Positions 40,611-54,252 of a stretch of 64,000 nt of DNA are shown one piece after another. The stretch is from Octopus vulgaris (lineage: Eukaryota), in contig OX597824.1 in the NCBI GenBank assembly GCA_951406725.2, positions 32,798,001 to 32,862,000 on the forward strand. The letters run 5' to 3'. The notes below the pieces were generated by a model. The model was given only the letters and a program-made list of their open reading frames with translations, was not told the DNA's origin and did not search any database. Position 1 is the stretch's first letter. Every line of letters starts with the position of its first letter. The position numbers and the translations under genes were made by a program.

Positions 40611-42974
40611 ATTGTTAACAAGTGTATATCAAAGCTAAATTATGACATCAACCCCTAGCAGACAATAAAAAGTTAATTCAGGGAAATATGGAGACTAAGG
40701 GCATGAACCTGTCTTTCGCTGGAAAGTAACAATATTCATCGGACTCTAAAGTTTGACTTGATAGTTCTATCTGAACACAAGTGGATGCCATTAACTTTCT
40801 TCTCATCCCAACCCGGTACTCTCTCCTGAGACGTTTCTCAACTCCTACATCATGTCACATTATGAACACTGGGAAAATCAATGACAGGAAATGAAGAATT
40901 CATAGTACCCAATGCTTGTCAGCTTATTATTATTTAGAGTAGAGTACTAAGTGACACACTGCCTGCAACTTTGAGTGACACGCTACCTGGAACACTGAGG
41001 GGCACATTGCCTTAAACGGCTGCCCAGAGGTAGTTGTTGATTAATTAAAATAGCCATCTATATACATCCTACTTAATGTATATATCACGTTGACAGGCCA
41101 GTTACTGCAGTATGTCCTGAGATAACAACTCTTATTTAACATGCTGTGCTGAAAACACAAGTATCAGAGGAGAAAATTTGTCCCAGCAGCGGACAGTAAG
41201 CGCTCCACATGCATTTCAGCTCACTTAGGCTTTTTCAATGGCGTGTACTCACAACCAGTTACATGATCGGGCGAGAGGGAAAATGAATAAGACAATGACT
41301 GATGTTGCAAACAGCTGCATGGCTGATTAATAATCCAGTATCCTCAATTGAAGCAATATTTAAGTAAAGTAGCCATCGATGTATCATATGGCTATTTCAA
41401 TTAAATGCTGCCTCTATAGTGTATACCGCATTATTGATTAATATTTCTTAGACGTAAGATGGCGTGCTGGCAAAATCGTTAGCTTACGAGCATTGGTATT
41501 ACTAGGGTGTGTGCTATCAGAGGCAGCCCTTTCGACTTTTGCCCCCTTTCCGGGTCTCACAGACCCAAAAGTACCACCTCCATAAAAGCATCGTTCGGGA
41601 AGGACCATTTCCTCGCCTAATTTCCAAGCTACGCTACAGCTTAGACGACACAACATGCAGAGCAATTGCTCTCTTTCATGCGTTTATGGATGAGAAAACC
41701 CTTTGACTTTTAAGTTTAAAGTAAAACTTTGAGAATCAACAACAAATGTCCAAATCTTATCAAAGAATTTTCACAGCTGCTGCTAACATTCCATGTCATA
41801 TTAGAACTAAGAAAGATGGCGAGCGGGCAGAATTGTTAGCACGCCGGGCAAAATACTCAGCAGCATTTCGTCCGTCTTTACGTTGTGAGTTCAAATTCCG
41901 CAGAAGTCAACTTTATCTTTCACTCTTTCGGAGTCGAGCGCTGGGGTCGAAATAATCGATTTAACCCCTTCCCCAAAATTGCTGGTCTTTTGCCAAAATT
42001 TGAAATCGTTATATTATGAGTAAGGGAGATTGTTGTGTAGTTTGTCTGCAGGCCGAACTTTAATGAATCATGCACAGATGACACCAATATTGACCAGTTG
42101 AGACTGAAGATACTCCATCACAAAATGTGAAATGTGGAGTGAGTACTCCTGACAACTGATGTCTTGGAATAGCATTCCAAAAGGGGCAACTTTCAAGCAA
42201 ACATTTAGCTTACAGCTCATGAAACAACCATGTCTGTACAACACCTTTACAATCATCAATGGATTTAGACAGACAAAATTTGGTTTCAGTTTAGATTAGG
42301 TGTAGTTTAGTTTAGATTGAGTTGTACGTATTTTGTGCAGGTTTATATGTGTGGAAAAAATGAGTTATGAATGTTTCCAAATAAGCTAATATTGATTGCT
42401 ATTTGTATGTATATCACAAATTTGTAAATACCGCCCCCACACACACATACACACAATTTACATAATTGTTTAATGCATTAAGTTGTCAACTTTTGGTTCT
42501 TTTTGAAGTCTTCAGTGATTTTAAGGTGAAGTCATAAATATCCATGCGTATAATATTATATATACGCTCATATTTGATCTGATTATTTTATGTTTCTGAA
42601 AAATTTTTAATTCATCTCTAAAATTTTAAATCCATCATAAACTCAGTACCTTATAGCGATACAGGTATTGTAAAAACAATTGTACATGTTCGCTTGAAAG
42701 CAAATGCCATCAAGGATGTTAAGTTTAAACCTGCAACTAGCTCAAAGAAGAAATTTGAATATTGCCACTGTTCTCGAAAACACGAGATCAATCACCTCTA
42801 AGTCATATATGGTTGTATGGGATTGATTATTTTCAACTTGATCTGAAGTTATAATTTAGAGCACCCTTCTTTTCACCAAAGCATAAAAATTCTTAACAAT
42901 TTCACATAACCGATGCTGGGACACTCTACAACAGTAAAAAGCAGATAAATGATTTGTGTTACCTCTGAAATGCT

Positions 42975-43238
42975 TCATTCCGAATGGTAAACAGGTTTCT
43001 GATGATCGATGTAGATATGATGGGAACTGTAATTACCCCTGACAGGACGCCACAAAAATACATAATAAACCATTAAAAAGACGGCAGTACCAAGTATCAG
43101 AGAAATATAAATTGAAATCATAACCATCTTAAATACCATATATTTATATTTCATAATCATGTGATCCCTTTTGTCAGGTTCCACTTCATCTTCATAACCA
43201 GTACCCGCGTATTTTATCCTGTTTGAATCAGCCAACAT
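42975..43238 (-). CDS. 87-aa InaF-motif-like microprotein, paralogue
   Basis: 76/87 aa identical to 36573-36836, inside a ~750-bp duplicated block. Confidence 0.7.
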   Translation of the reverse strand: MLADSNRIKYAGTGYEDEVEPDKRDHMIMKYKYMVFKMVMISIYISLILGTAVFLMVYYVFLWRPVRGNYSSHHIYIDHQKPVYHSE

Positions 43239-44294
43239 TTTAATATCCTTGATTGTAATTCAGAATAAAAGAATCAAGAATACAATAGAGGTAGTTCCAC
43301 ACAGTTCCTGTTTTCAGCTATGCCCGTTCAGTAATGAATGAAAACACTTGACATACTGCTCTCTTAATATATTCTGGTATTTTCTAAACTGCTTGAATCT
43401 TAAGTACTTTCCTCTCTAAATCTCATTCGCTTCTTTCTCTATTTCTGTTCTTTCTTGGTTTATACCTTATCTCTTTCTTTTTTAAACGAAATTCGCTGAC
43501 CTATCACATTTTCACTCGTGTTTTACCCGTCTTGTTAATCCGAGTCTTGAGGCCTGAAACAGATTGACCTTTCGCATTTACATTTTCATTTAAGTAATGT
43601 CTAATATTCTTTCATCGCATTTTATCCTCTTAAATAAACAATGCTTTATCTTTTGACACATTCAAAATTTTTTAAAATTCAGAAGCAAATAAGTATTTAT
43701 AAGTACATTTTCGATAATGTACTCCATGATGCGTTTATACCTAAAATCCTAAAGACAGCTTGATAACAAATGAAACGCTTTTGACTCTAGGTTTTTGACG
43801 ATCAGGTTTGAATGGTATTAAACGATAAGAACAAACGAGCTAATATTGGTTTCAAATTTTGGCACAAGGCCAGCAATTTCGGAGGAGGGTTAGAGTCGGT
43901 TAGTCGATTACATCGACCCCAGTGTTCAACTGGTACTTATTTTAATGACTCCGAGAGGATGAAGGGCAAAGTCGACCCCGGTGGCATTTGAACTCAGAAC
44001 GTAAAGGCGGACAAAATGCCGTTAAGCATTTTCCTTCCACCCCCAACTCCACCCCCGCATTAACTATTCTGTCAGCTCGCCGCCTTCACACGAGTTAATA
44101 TTAGTGACATGACGTTTCCTGTAATTACTTTATAATGATTACGATACACCAATTGTAAATTTTCCGATTTACATCGAATTAAGGTACAACAAAAGCTGTG
44201 CTGACCATCGCTTGAATTGGCTTCAGTTACAAAGTTATTAGTGTCTGACTGGAGGTATTTAACATGGTGAATCTACTATAATGCTAAATATATA

Positions 44295-44506
44295 TTACTC
44301 TTTTACTCTTTTACTTGTTTCAGTCATTTGACTGCGGCCATGCTGGAGCACCGCCTTTAGTCGAGCAAATCGACCCCGGGACTTATTCTTTGTAAGCCCA
44401 GTACTTATTCTATCGGTCTCTTTTGCCGAACCGCTAAGTGACGGGGACGTAAACACACCAGCATCGGTTGTCAAGCAATGCTAGGGGGACAAACACAGCC
44501 ACACAA

Positions 44507-44557
<51 letters not shown>

Positions 44558-44719
44558 TACGACAGGCTTCTTTCAGTTTCCGTCTACCAAATCCACTCAC
44601 AAGGCATTGGTCGGCCCGGGGCCATAGCAGAAGACACTTGCCCAAGATGCCACGCAGTGGACTGAACCCGGAACCATGTGGTTGGTTAGCAAGCTACTTA
44701 CCACACAGCCACTCCTGTG

Positions 44720-44722
<3 letters not shown>
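44295..44722 (-). mobile_element. family C SINE, full length
   Basis: complete head, core, (TA)n and tail; further copies at about 48485-48852, 53945-54570, 56725-57010, 57165-57520, 58915-59130 and 63265-63705. Confidence 0.85.
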
Positions 44723-44815
<93 letters not shown>

Positions 44816-45059
44816 GGGCGTTCTCCCAAAGATGAATACACATATTTATTTCTTTATTGCCCATAGGGGGCTAAACATAGAGGGGACAAACAAGGACAGA
44901 CAAAGGGATTAAGTCGATTGCATCAACCTCAGTGCGTAACCGGTACCTATTTAATCGATCTCTGCGTAATTTGAACTCAGAACGTAACGGCAGACGAAAT
45001 GCCGCTAAGCATTTCTCTCGGTGTGCAAACGATTCTACCAGCTCGTCGCCTTAAATGGA

Positions 45060-45410
45060 TTATAAAGTTAGTATTTATTAAAATACATTTCATTTTTAAA
45101 ATTTACTAGAATCTACACAAGAATTATATTATTTTATAAATACCTCCTTTCAAACCGATGACCATTCTGGTCTGGGCACAACTGATAATGCAAAATAATG
45201 CAATCGCAAACATCAAGAAACATTTCTTTCCGTATTTGTGAGCATTTTCTTTCAATGGCGGCCATCAATTTGATGGCTGTCGTCGGTTGTGTTTTGTAAA
45301 TTTTGTCTTTTATGTATCGCGATAAAAATGTCTGGTGGTATGATGTCTGGTGAATGCAGAGAATATTCCAATGAACCTCCTCGTCCAGGGGAAGCATTTT
45401 TCTCAAGAAG
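45060..45410 (-). mobile_element. Tc1/mariner-superfamily transposase C-terminal relic
   Basis: YIKDKIYKTQPTT...L.AAI...C...NGHRFE. Confidence 0.6.
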
Positions 45411-46815
45411 GTAAGCCCTTACATTACTGTGGTAATGTTAGGACGCTCATCTTGTTGGAAATAAACATCCACATCTCTAAAATCCTCCCTAGTGCTTGGC
45501 GAGTTCAAGTAAATAGAACCACTCAAAGTACAGTAAAAAAATTAATGGTCCAATTAATCCTTTTGACTGCACCATACTTTAACGCCTGGTAAATTAACAA
45601 GATATTCCTTAGTAATATGTGGATTCTCAGATCTTCAATAGGCGCAATCGTGCACATTCTGCCAAATGCCACTCGCAAAACTACACTCTTCGTTCCCGAT
45701 TATTTTCATTTGAAATACAAACAATTCTTGGAATGTAACTTTTCAATGACAATATTTCAAATTGCAAAATACTCTTAATTTTAAAATCTCTATCTCATGA
45801 ATCATTTGCCGCATAAATTTTCTTGAATTTTGGCTATACGTTTCTAATACCCTTTCTTCCTTTGTGGGACACCACAATGTCCGCGGTCTTACTGAAAGTT
45901 TTTTGTTGACATTATAAACAGTTCCATCTGCTTGAAAACCATCTCTGTTTCGAGTGATAAGTCACGCATGTTGATCTATTTGAAACTTCCTCCTAAACTA
46001 TCCTAGCGCTTCAAGTGTTTTCTCAAACTTCTAATCTAGCTCCCTTCGTTATTTCTAATGTACTGTAATTCTCGAATAAGAATCAAGTAGACAGCAACTC
46101 AAAATAGAGGACTCAATACATTGAAAATGTGGACTGTATATTCTTCAATTAAAGAAGTGTGACCGTAAATATAACTATTTGGATAGGTGCCATAGTTCAC
46201 TTGAGAAGATGTTGTGTCGACGCCCCCAGACGATGAAGTAGACTAGCCCAATACGTAGATATACAGGGAGAAGTCTAGACGTCGAGAAGAGTAGTAGAGA
46301 GTAGCGGTCATCCGAACGTGCGACATAACAGTGGCGACGGGGATTTCGTAGCTCACACAGCCACTGTGTAGTATTGCGATTTATTACACACATGTGAGTG
46401 AGAACACTTTGAGATATTTTTGGTATCTAACATATGTCAGATACTGCGAGCGCTGCTTCTGATTGGTCAATCCATGATGATGACCCGAGGTCACGGTGAC
46501 GGCACTACTTTTGTCATTATAAGTTACAACTAAACTTCATTCATTACTTTCACGAGCAGGTAGAATGTAGCCATGTAATTAAACAAACATACTATCTTTT
46601 TTATACCAGATATCACTTAAAGTCATATACACATAAAATATAAACATTTCTGGTGGTAATTCAATTTTTTGTTGCCCAAAAAATCACAACATATTTCGTC
46701 TGCTCGTCGATACTCTTGCAGTGCGGATAGATCTATCAACAAGATGGCTACTGTTGTCGATATCAAGGTGAATGGTTTTGTTAAATATGGTCGTTTATTC
46801 GTGTGTAATAAATAA

Positions 46816-46959
46816 AATACCAAACTCATTCCCTATGGATACCGTATTTATTACAACTCGTGGCTTGTAAACTTATCTAACGAGCGAAAGCGAGTTAGAT
46901 ACGTTTACAAGCCACTCGTTGTAATAAATACGGTATCCATAGGGAACTCGTTTGGTATT
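46816..46959. repeat. 144-bp near-perfect palindrome with periodic symmetric mismatches
   Basis: arms AATACCAAAC...CTTATCTAAC / GTTAGATACG...GTTTGGTATT around loop GAGCGAAAGCGA. Confidence 0.85.
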
Positions 46960-47144
46960 CTCTATATAACAGAAGATATTAAAAAAATAGGCGTTGGAAA
47001 TCCACGTGAAACCGACTATAGTCATATGAGATCTTAACTACGTATGTATATGTGTGCATGTGTGTGTGTGTGTGTTTGCATGTATGCATGTATATGTTTA
47101 TGTAATGTATATCACTCACACACACATGCGCACAAGATAACCTA

Positions 47145-47532
47145 CATATCTATTTTTGATACGTTCCGGTAGATTTGAACGCAAATATGGTAATCGCTGT
47201 TGCATTTATTTATCACATGAGAACAGCTCCTCCTTTACGCCGATTATGCGTTCATAATACAATCAGTTCATTCGTGTAAGTGATCCTAGGATATCGATGT
47301 TTCGACATGCTGTGTTTCATCAGCCAGAAGCGCCCCGACTAACGAATCTGAGAAGAGCCGATAGCCTTGTTTATAATTTCAGTGAATAAACTCTTTGGTG
47401 ATCCATGTTGCTATCTTCTAATAGATAATGAATCGATATTTGCACGGTGAACTGCGAGAATCTAGACGATTACTTTCATATCTAATCTTAATACGTTCCG
47501 GCAGACTCGAACACAAATATACTAATCGCTGT
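47145..47532 (-). mobile_element. retrozyme-like 332-bp unit with 56-bp terminal redundancy and an internal hammerhead motif (47285-47328)
   Basis: direct repeat 47145-47200 / 47477-47532 (47/56 identical); UCUGG-CUGAUGA-AACA cagca UGUC-GAAA-CAUCGAUA-UC-CUAGG. Confidence 0.65.
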
Positions 47533-47584
47533 ACCTAACCATCTTCGTATAATGCACAAAGGTATTTTCTGGAGTCTTTCCGAT

Positions 47585-47790
47585 TCTCTATATACTAATA
47601 ACCGTATTCCTAACTTTCTTCATAAAATATGTATAACGGTATTCCCTAGATACAGAGTTTTCTCAACTAACTATATATTAATAACACTATTTCTAAATTT
47701 CTTCGTCAAATGTGTATAAAGTTATATGCCAAATACGGAGTTTTACCTACTATCTATATATCAATAGAGATAATACATTTCTAAATATCT
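47585..47790. repeat. degenerate ~84-bp tandem repeat
   Basis: recurrent CTATATAT.AATA....TTTCTAAATTTCTTCGT units; another unit near 47988. Confidence 0.5.
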
Positions 47791-49791
47791 CAGAGAGATT
47801 TATGCAGTCGTGGTACGATAAAGTAGTTGTATAGTAGCTGGGTGGAGGTGCTTATCTCCCCCTTACAAACATAAGGACACAGGAAATGTGTCAAGGCCGA
47901 CAGGAAGCGTTGCTGCTTCCTAGAGCTAAATAGCAGTAGTATGATTCCCTTCATGGGACTGACACATTAAGTTGACAGTATACAACTACTATATATCAAT
48001 AGCCGTGTTTCTAAATTCCTTCGTAAAATATGTGTTATGGTGCGTTTTGATACAAGTGTTACAACTGTATAATGTCAAGTACTTCTTAAATTATAAACGG
48101 AATTTGGTGCGTTGCGGTGGTGAACAATGCTCGTAAGGCACAACAGTGAGAATTGAATCAAGAGAGGCGAAGAAAATGCGGATAAAGAAAGACTGGGGAA
48201 AACTGGTCGACAGAATAACACTGATCCTGCGATCATGTGCTTTTTAACATACGCTGTCCGGTTTGGAAATACAGTTAACTGTTTACACACTCATTTTTCT
48301 GCATAATTAATGTGTAATCTTCTGTGCACGGATTACCACAATATTATATAAACGTGAATGCTTCGATGCATCGTCGCTTTTTTAAAGTTGGTGAAAAACT
48401 TCAAATATTAAAAAAAAAAATTATGAAGAAACACGAAATAGTTGTTCAGCCAAACAATTTGGAATTGGTGAATTTATCATCTGTTTACTCTTTTACTCTT
48501 TTACTTGTTTCAGTCATTTGACAGTAACAATGCTGGAGCACCGCCTTTAGTCGAACGAATCGACCCCAGGACTTATTCTTTGTAAGCCTAGTACTTATTC
48601 TATCGGTTGTCAAGCGATGTTGGGGGAACAAACACAGACACACAAGCATACACACACATACACATGCATGTATATATACATATATACGACGGGCTTCTTT
48701 CAGTTTCCGTCTACCAAATCCACTCACAAGGCTTTGGTCGGCCCGAGGCTATAGTAGAAGACACTTGCCCAAGGTGACACGCAGTGGGACTGAACCCGCA
48801 ACCATGTGGTTGGTAAGCAAGCTACTTACCACACAGCCACTCCTACGCCTATATAAGTGTAATCAAAAGAAAAAAAATTATGCATTGCATCGAGAACTCG
48901 GAGAGTATTTAAAGCGAAAATTTGTGGTTTTTCTGAGTTTGATAGCAAAACTGAAAAAGCGTCAGATTCGTGAGATCGCTACTGTGGCGTTGATGATGGG
49001 CATTCAAACTTTAAAACTGATGCAAAGTTGATTGTTCATTCTCGTTTCAAAGCAATCATAATTGGGTTACACATTTCATGAATATACGTCGTAAAATCAC
49101 GAATAGCAACTAGATCGACACTGAAACATTAGATGTGACGAAGCTCAACTGAACAATCTATTCAGGAAGACTTCCAACCTGAATTCTATGGATAACATAC
49201 AATTTTCATTTAATATTTTGTATCATTTAGCAAAGTAGGGCTTCTATTATTTTTCTATTAGTTTTCTCTCCAACCCTTCCCATACTTCTCTCCTCTTCAC
49301 CGTTCCCTCTTTCTCATTCTTCCTCCTTGACTCTCTCGTCGCTGACACGTGACGAAAGGGAATCTATCTTTCTGTCCATTTCCTTTAGGAAAGAAATGGA
49401 CTCGTCCTCCTTGCGTTCATAATAATTCTTCTATTGTCTTGGCTTAACAACCCCCACCGTTTGTTTTTACTGTCTTGTTATTACTGTCCTGTTCCTGTTA
49501 CCACTTTCACCCTCCGCAAAAAATCCCAAATTTTATTTAATTTGCTTTGCGAGAAGGACTGTTTCGACGAAGTTGCGTATTGTCCTTACCTTCGAAACGC
49601 GGAGTAGATGAAACAGGGACAACTGATGAAGGGGAATGTTCTTTATGTTACATGTCTCGTTTCTCTGTTTGTTTTTTCGTTGTTCGAAAAAAAGTTCGAT
49701 TTCTATGTTTTTGTTTTTATGCTTTCGTTTCTCATAGTGTTCAACGTTTTTTGATGTCCTGTATCCATATATGTATATATATATATATATA

Positions 49792-49836
<45 letters not shown>

Positions 49837-49901
49837 TATGTAGGTATGTACATATATGTATGTATAGATGCATATATTTATATATTATTTATATTATATT
49901 A

Positions 49902-49940
<39 letters not shown>

Positions 49941-50846
49941 CACACGCATCTTTTTCTCACTGGCGAATGCTGTGTAAAAACATGAGATGAAACACTTCTT
50001 TCACCGCCACTGAAAAGCTGCTCTCGTCATGTCACGAGTCACTGAAACACGCGGTTCTTTCTGATCGTTAGTCAACCCAAAAGGTCATTAACATTTAATC
50101 TTTGATCTGCCTTTCATATAAGCATTGAGTAAATATTTAATCTTAATATAAACACAAATAAGGACACGAGCAAAAGAGATTATAAAGATTAAACTTCATC
50201 CGTTCGCCTCTCCCAACATATTAAACCTCTTAAAGAGGAGGAGTTCATGTTAGCAGTGAGATTATCAGTTTTGATGCAAATGTGTACACGATGCCAAATA
50301 CTTGCTTACTTTGATAACATTTTTTTTAATATTCAAGCTTTTTACTATTCTTTATATTTATCTATCTCTCTACATGCGTACGTAAATATTTATATTGTAC
50401 ATTTAATTTCAATATAGAATTAGATAAATTTAGAAATTTATGCTGAAAATTTATAAAGACAGTGAAGCTGTTGTTTGATTTGTTTAATTTGGATCATAGA
50501 TAGCAAATATGATGTATCTGATCCATTATCGACACACTTATAGCAATATAATAATTATTTAGTGTGTATAATCTAATATCAGAGTCATAAAAACTATGGG
50601 TTTTTTTTTTTTGTTAGCAGCATAGAGAAAAGAAGACTATATACATTATATCATATTCCCCGCCGTCTTTTGAATTCAAATCCCGTTGAAGTTAATGTTT
50701 TCTTTACTCATTCCAACATCAGTACAGTTAGTAAAGTTAGTATGCCTATCCTCATTTATCACGGGTGTTTCGTTCTCAAAAAAAAAAAAACCACAATGTT
50801 TTAAATGATTCAGTAAATAATAGAATGTCTGGGGAAATAGATTTTG

Positions 50847-51289
50847 GGATCTTTTCGGTTTGAACGGCAGTTTTTTATAGCGGTGTCATATGAAATTGTC
50901 ACCCATAATTATGACCCTAGTATCGATCTATTGCATTTCAATCTGTTTTGGGGTTAGGGTTAGTTAGGGTTAGGATTAGAGTTAGGGGTGGGGGAAAGGG
51001 TATCTTTTTTTCTTCACAAATGTAAATAAACCCAATCTGTTTCTTAAACGAGGGACATATTCATACGGCACAGAATGGTTTTTTTTTACCTAAACAGACG
51101 TCAGTGATTGGTTGAAATTGCAGAAATTGAAGAAAAAAAACAACAAATATCTTACAAACTATAGAATTTTCTCAATAAAGCCAAGAGAAAAAGATGTTTT
51201 ATAAACACAATCTACCAGTATACGAAGTTTAAATTTTTTTAGTTACCTAGAAATTATGTTAAAAACTGCCGTTCAAACCGAAAAGATCC
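50847..51289. mobile_element. Merlin-like MITE, second copy, carrying TTAGGG-like repeats
   Basis: same TIRs as 2011-2420 in opposite orientation; TSD AGATTTTG at 50839-50846 and 51290-51297. Confidence 0.85.
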
Positions 51290-52040
51290 AGATTTTGTTC
51301 CAAGACCCTAAGCTGTCCTGAGTCTTGTGGATAACTGCTGGGGTACGCTTTTGCTCTCAAAGGAGAATCTTTGGCTGATTGATAACCCGTAAACACTGCT
51401 CACAATGAGCGTACAACATTATCCTGGATCAATGATAAACTAGGATAGATGCATTATTTTTATGTCATTTGATTTTAATTTTTCCACGAATATATTTGAT
51501 CTTGCGCTTCCGCAAAAGACACCAATATTTAATCATAAAGTAAATGCCGAGAATTAACATGAAGTTCCCTACAAACCAAGTCTATGACTAAGTTTCTGTC
51601 CCTAATCGTGGTTATTTTAATTCACTTATACCTTAGAACAAATCATAAGTATCACAATCATTATATATTTCCAGCTGGCAGAATAGTTAGCACTCCGGGC
51701 AAAATACTTGGTGGCATTTCGCCCGTCTTTACGTGCTCCGTTCAAATTCTGAGGTCTACTTTAGGGATCGATAAAATAAGCACTAGTTGGGCCCTGGGAT
51801 CCATGTAATCAAATTACCCCTCTCCCCAATTTGCTGGCCTTGTGCCAAAATTTGAAACCATTATTTATCTTCGCCCTTTAAAGTTCATAAAATCCATTCT
51901 ATGAACTTAATCCAGTACTGAATATTGACAATTAATCCAGCACAACTTCATCCTATTTAGAGCAGAGAGAGAGAATATATAGAGTAATGTTAGAAGAACG
52001 AGACTAACGCTGATAGAAAGTTTGATTTTTTGTATAAACA

Positions 52041-52835
52041 TTTTGCATTATATAATTCAGACACAGATGAGTTGACATGCTGCCGGGCCATGCTGCGTTG
52101 CACAGGATTGGAAACGTGAAATATCAACAGGGCATTTCTGGAGAATGGATAAATAGATGTGTGTCTGTCTGAGTTTGTCATATCGTTAAAACTCGAGATC
52201 CACCCAGCCGATTTTAATGAAATTTTATACATGCATTACATAGGGTCTATGAAGTGTCAAAGTCCAAAAAACATTTTCTACTTCTTGACTAATGCGGGCC
52301 CAGGGGCAGATAAACCGCAGTTTTAAAGTATTTTCGCAGCGTTAAGGCCCGTAATTTGAAGAGTGTCCAGTCGCTTTTCTCCAAATTTACAAGGAACATT
52401 AATCAGGCTCCTCGAATTGCAGTTGACTAAAAAAGAAATTCCGATGCCGACTATGGGCCCCACAAAAATGCAGATTAATCAGATTTGAGTATACTGCACT
52501 GGGTTTTATCTTCGTTTTAGGCCGACGATAAAATATGCATTATAAGTAGCGTGTAATATTTCTTGAAAACCTTTCTGTCCAGTTTAGCAGAGGAAATGAG
52601 AAGGACATTAAAATTTTTGTCGGTGCCCTCTTGATGCTTCATGTTACCATCCCGCACACCACTACACGAGCCATGTGCGTATGTGTGCGGCTGGGTAATG
52701 GCACAACAAACCCATTCATCCATTCTCCAGAAACTCCCTGTTGATGTTTCACGTTTCCAATCCTGTGCAACACAACATGGCCCGGCAGCATGTCAGCTTT
52801 CTATGTCACCTGTGTCTGAATTATATAATGCAAAA
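52041..52835. mobile_element. element with ~125-bp imperfect terminal inverted repeats
   Basis: TTTTGCATTATATAATTCAGACACAG... / ...CTGTGTCTGAATTATATAATGCAAAA. Confidence 0.65.
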
Positions 52836-53454
52836 AATCAAACTGCTGTTGTGACTCACAGCCATTTGAGTTTGACCGCGTAACCACTTCCGGAAGCTAC
52901 GCCCGACACCTGCAATTAGTCCCCACCCCCGTGTTCCCTCCCCCCGTTTAGTCGGACGTGTAAATACAAGGTGTCCCAGAATTAATGATGATCTGAGTGA
53001 AATCTGATGCATTTTTTCAAAACTCACTTTTATTTATGCTTATCATATTTAATATGTGTTAAAAGTGTATAAATATTGAATTTTGTTTATAATTTTATTT
53101 TCATTCCTCTTGGGCCCTTCATATTTGTCCATGACAGTCTTTTTTCAATTTGGCAGCAATCATTTTCTTTATCTTCATCCCCAAGATGGAGCAATCGTTT
53201 AGCTGAGCTTAAAGAACACATTCAGTTAGCAGTGCAGGGGCTAACTTCTGAAATGTCTCAAAATGTGTTTCACGACGTCAAGGAGAGATTTGAAGTATGC
53301 AAGGATACAGACATGTTAAAAATTTTCAATAAAAGTTTGACGTAAGATTTATAAATCTATTTGTTTTGGTAATAAACATAAAATTCTGTGAGTTTTTTTT
53401 TTTAAATTTGCTTTTGTAGCAAATATTGAAACCGAGTTTTCCTTCCTTCCTCCC

Positions 53455-53945
53455 ATTGGTCACGGAGCCCCTGAAAAGGGTTGTGGGTACTGCCAACTTT
53501 CTTTCGACAAAGACATTGAATCTATTACAAATACTTTTGATAGTGTGGTGGCTTGCATGCCTCAATGACCCAGAGAGAGCTAAGCCATCAGATTGTAAGC
53601 TCCTGGTAGGGCCTCCCATGCTGGATAGGTTGGAGGATAAAAGTTAGACTAACATGAACCTCCTCTTCCCAGAGGTAAATATGGGTTTGCATGAAGCCAA
53701 CATCCTTATCTAGAATAAGCAAAGTTACAGAAACACAGATATTAATTCAAAAGCAAAAGATCTGGAAGAAGAAGGCTTTCCCTCAGGGAAACATACGAAG
53801 TAGTGCAGCAAAATCTGAAAGGAAAAACTAGAGATCCGACTCTAAGGACAACTCAAAGCAGGAAAGACAACTCAAAGTCGAGAAGAGGAGAAGAAATTCG
53901 CCGATGGTCTCTGCTCCAAAGGAAGCGAAGGGCTTAAATGAGTAA
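53455..53945 (+). mobile_element. internally deleted RTE-type LINE (5' UTR joined to 3' end)
   Basis: GGCTTGCATGCCTCAATGACCC...CTCCTGGTAGGG resembles Expander/RTE 5' UTRs; RTE-like 3' end GGTCTCTGCTCC...AAGGGCTTAA. Confidence 0.45.
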
Positions 53946-54155
53946 CCCTTTTACTCGTTTACTTGTTTCAGTCATTTGACTGTGGCCATGCTAGAGCACC
54001 GCCTTTAGTCGAGCAAATCTACCCTAGGACTTATTCTTTGTAAGCCTAGTAATTATTCTATCGGTCTCTTTTGCTGGTAAACACACCAGCATCGGTTGTC
54101 AAGCGATATCGGGGGACAAACAGACACACAAACATATACACTCATACATACATGC

Positions 54156-54252
<97 letters not shown>

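Noticed and set aside
46160-46510. solo LTR
   Set aside because: TG start and a polyA-like signal only; no CA end, TSD or second copy
49580-49640. hammerhead from CGAAACGCG ... CTGATGAAGGGG
   Set aside because: half-cores are in permuted order with no UH triplet or convincing stem I; possibly a PLE repeat but not supportable as a ribozyme
53545-53645. HDV-like ribozyme in the RTE 5' UTR
   Set aside because: plausible for the clade, but I could not build the nested double pseudoknot by eye
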